Below the pieces are notes generated by a model that was not told the origin of the DNA, made no database searches, and worked only from the letters and a program-made list of their open reading frames with translations. Below, one piece after another: positions 23,644 through 24,000 of a DNA stretch of 24,000 nucleotides; positions within the stretch are counted from its first letter, which is position 1; every line of letters starts with the position of its first letter. This DNA is from Halarchaeum nitratireducens (GTDB lineage Archaea; Halobacteriota; Halobacteria; Halobacteriales; Halobacteriaceae). The position numbers and the translations under genes were made by a program. The stretch is taken from NCBI RefSeq assembly GCF_014647155.1, contig NZ_BMOQ01000003.1, positions 284,512 through 308,511 of the forward strand. The letters are read 5' to 3'.

Positions 23644-23888
23644 CGATCTCGACCCGATACGCGAACTTCGCCACGTTCCTCTGATATTTGATTGACGAAC
23701 GCGTGCATATCTTCCACGGAGGTACGGCAATCAACCAGACATAAAGGACTTATCCTGAGGCTGTTTAGTTTCTCGGATACACACTCAACAGACGGAAACC
23801 GTTCACACTCCCTTGGTCCCCTGGAGGGTGTAGGGAGTGTATAAGGAGTGAAAGGGCGCTCGCGCGCCCGGTCGGGGCGACCGCCGCG

Positions 23889-24000
23889 CTACTCGTCGGG
23901 GCGGACGTCGCCGCTCGGGAGGTTCGGGTCGCGGTAGGGGTTGCGGCCGTAGACGGCGCCGTGGAGGTCCTGTGCGTCGAGCTGCTCGCGCAACACCCGA
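23889..24000 (-). CDS. 3' end of an unidentified protein gene that continues beyond the window
   Basis: The minus-strand frame is open from 24000 to the TAG at 23889-23891. Translation is ...RVLREQLDAQDLHGAVYGRNPYRDPNLPSGDVRPDE, acidic with halophile-like composition. Too short to assign. Confidence 0.4.
   Translation of the reverse strand, partial: RVLREQLDAQDLHGAVYGRNPYRDPNLPSGDVRPDE

Overview
High-GC haloarchaeal (class Halobacteria) chromosomal core region. The predicted proteins are strongly acidic, and many genes have an AT-rich TATA-like box about 27 nt upstream of the start codon, which implies leaderless transcripts. I support 26 protein-coding genes (two truncated by the window edges) and one tRNA-Tyr(GUA). 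I saw no rRNA, CRISPR array, transposase, integrase or other mobile element. Recognisable genes in order: MutS-family ATPase (partial), CNNM/DUF21-CBS membrane protein, ribosomal protein L15e, RIO2 kinase, GAF protein, MetE-like methyltransferase, small acidic hypothetical, tRNA-binding OB-fold protein, Bcp-type peroxiredoxin, endonuclease IV, SAM methyltransferase, hypothetical, TetR regulator, tRNA thiolation ATPase NcsA, FtsZ2, the RHH regulators CdrS and CdrL, tRNA-Tyr, an atypical receiver/HalX protein, a 7TM-PAS histidine kinase, UbiA prenyltransferase, MinD-type ATPase, an orphan ORF, an agmatinase-family ureohydrolase, an AbrB-PhoU regulator, a sodium:solute symporter, and an unidentified partial CDS. 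Many long ORFs in the six-frame track are antisense or shadow-frame artefacts of the high GC content (Arg/Ala/Pro/Ser-rich), and several track start codons are too far upstream. The three most notable non-coding signals follow. (1) GTAAGAC heptamers cluster in the cdrL-cdrS spacer, including a perfect 8+4+8 palindrome at the predicted transcription start of cdrS-ftsZ2. (2) A 440-nt ORF-free, hairpin-dense region with a strong TATATA box lies between rio2 and rpl15e; I could not assign it to any known RNA class. (3) A lower-GC stretch downstream of minD holds only an orphan ORF. I found no clear-cut new multi-gene system, and all functional interpretation of the non-coding signals is inference.
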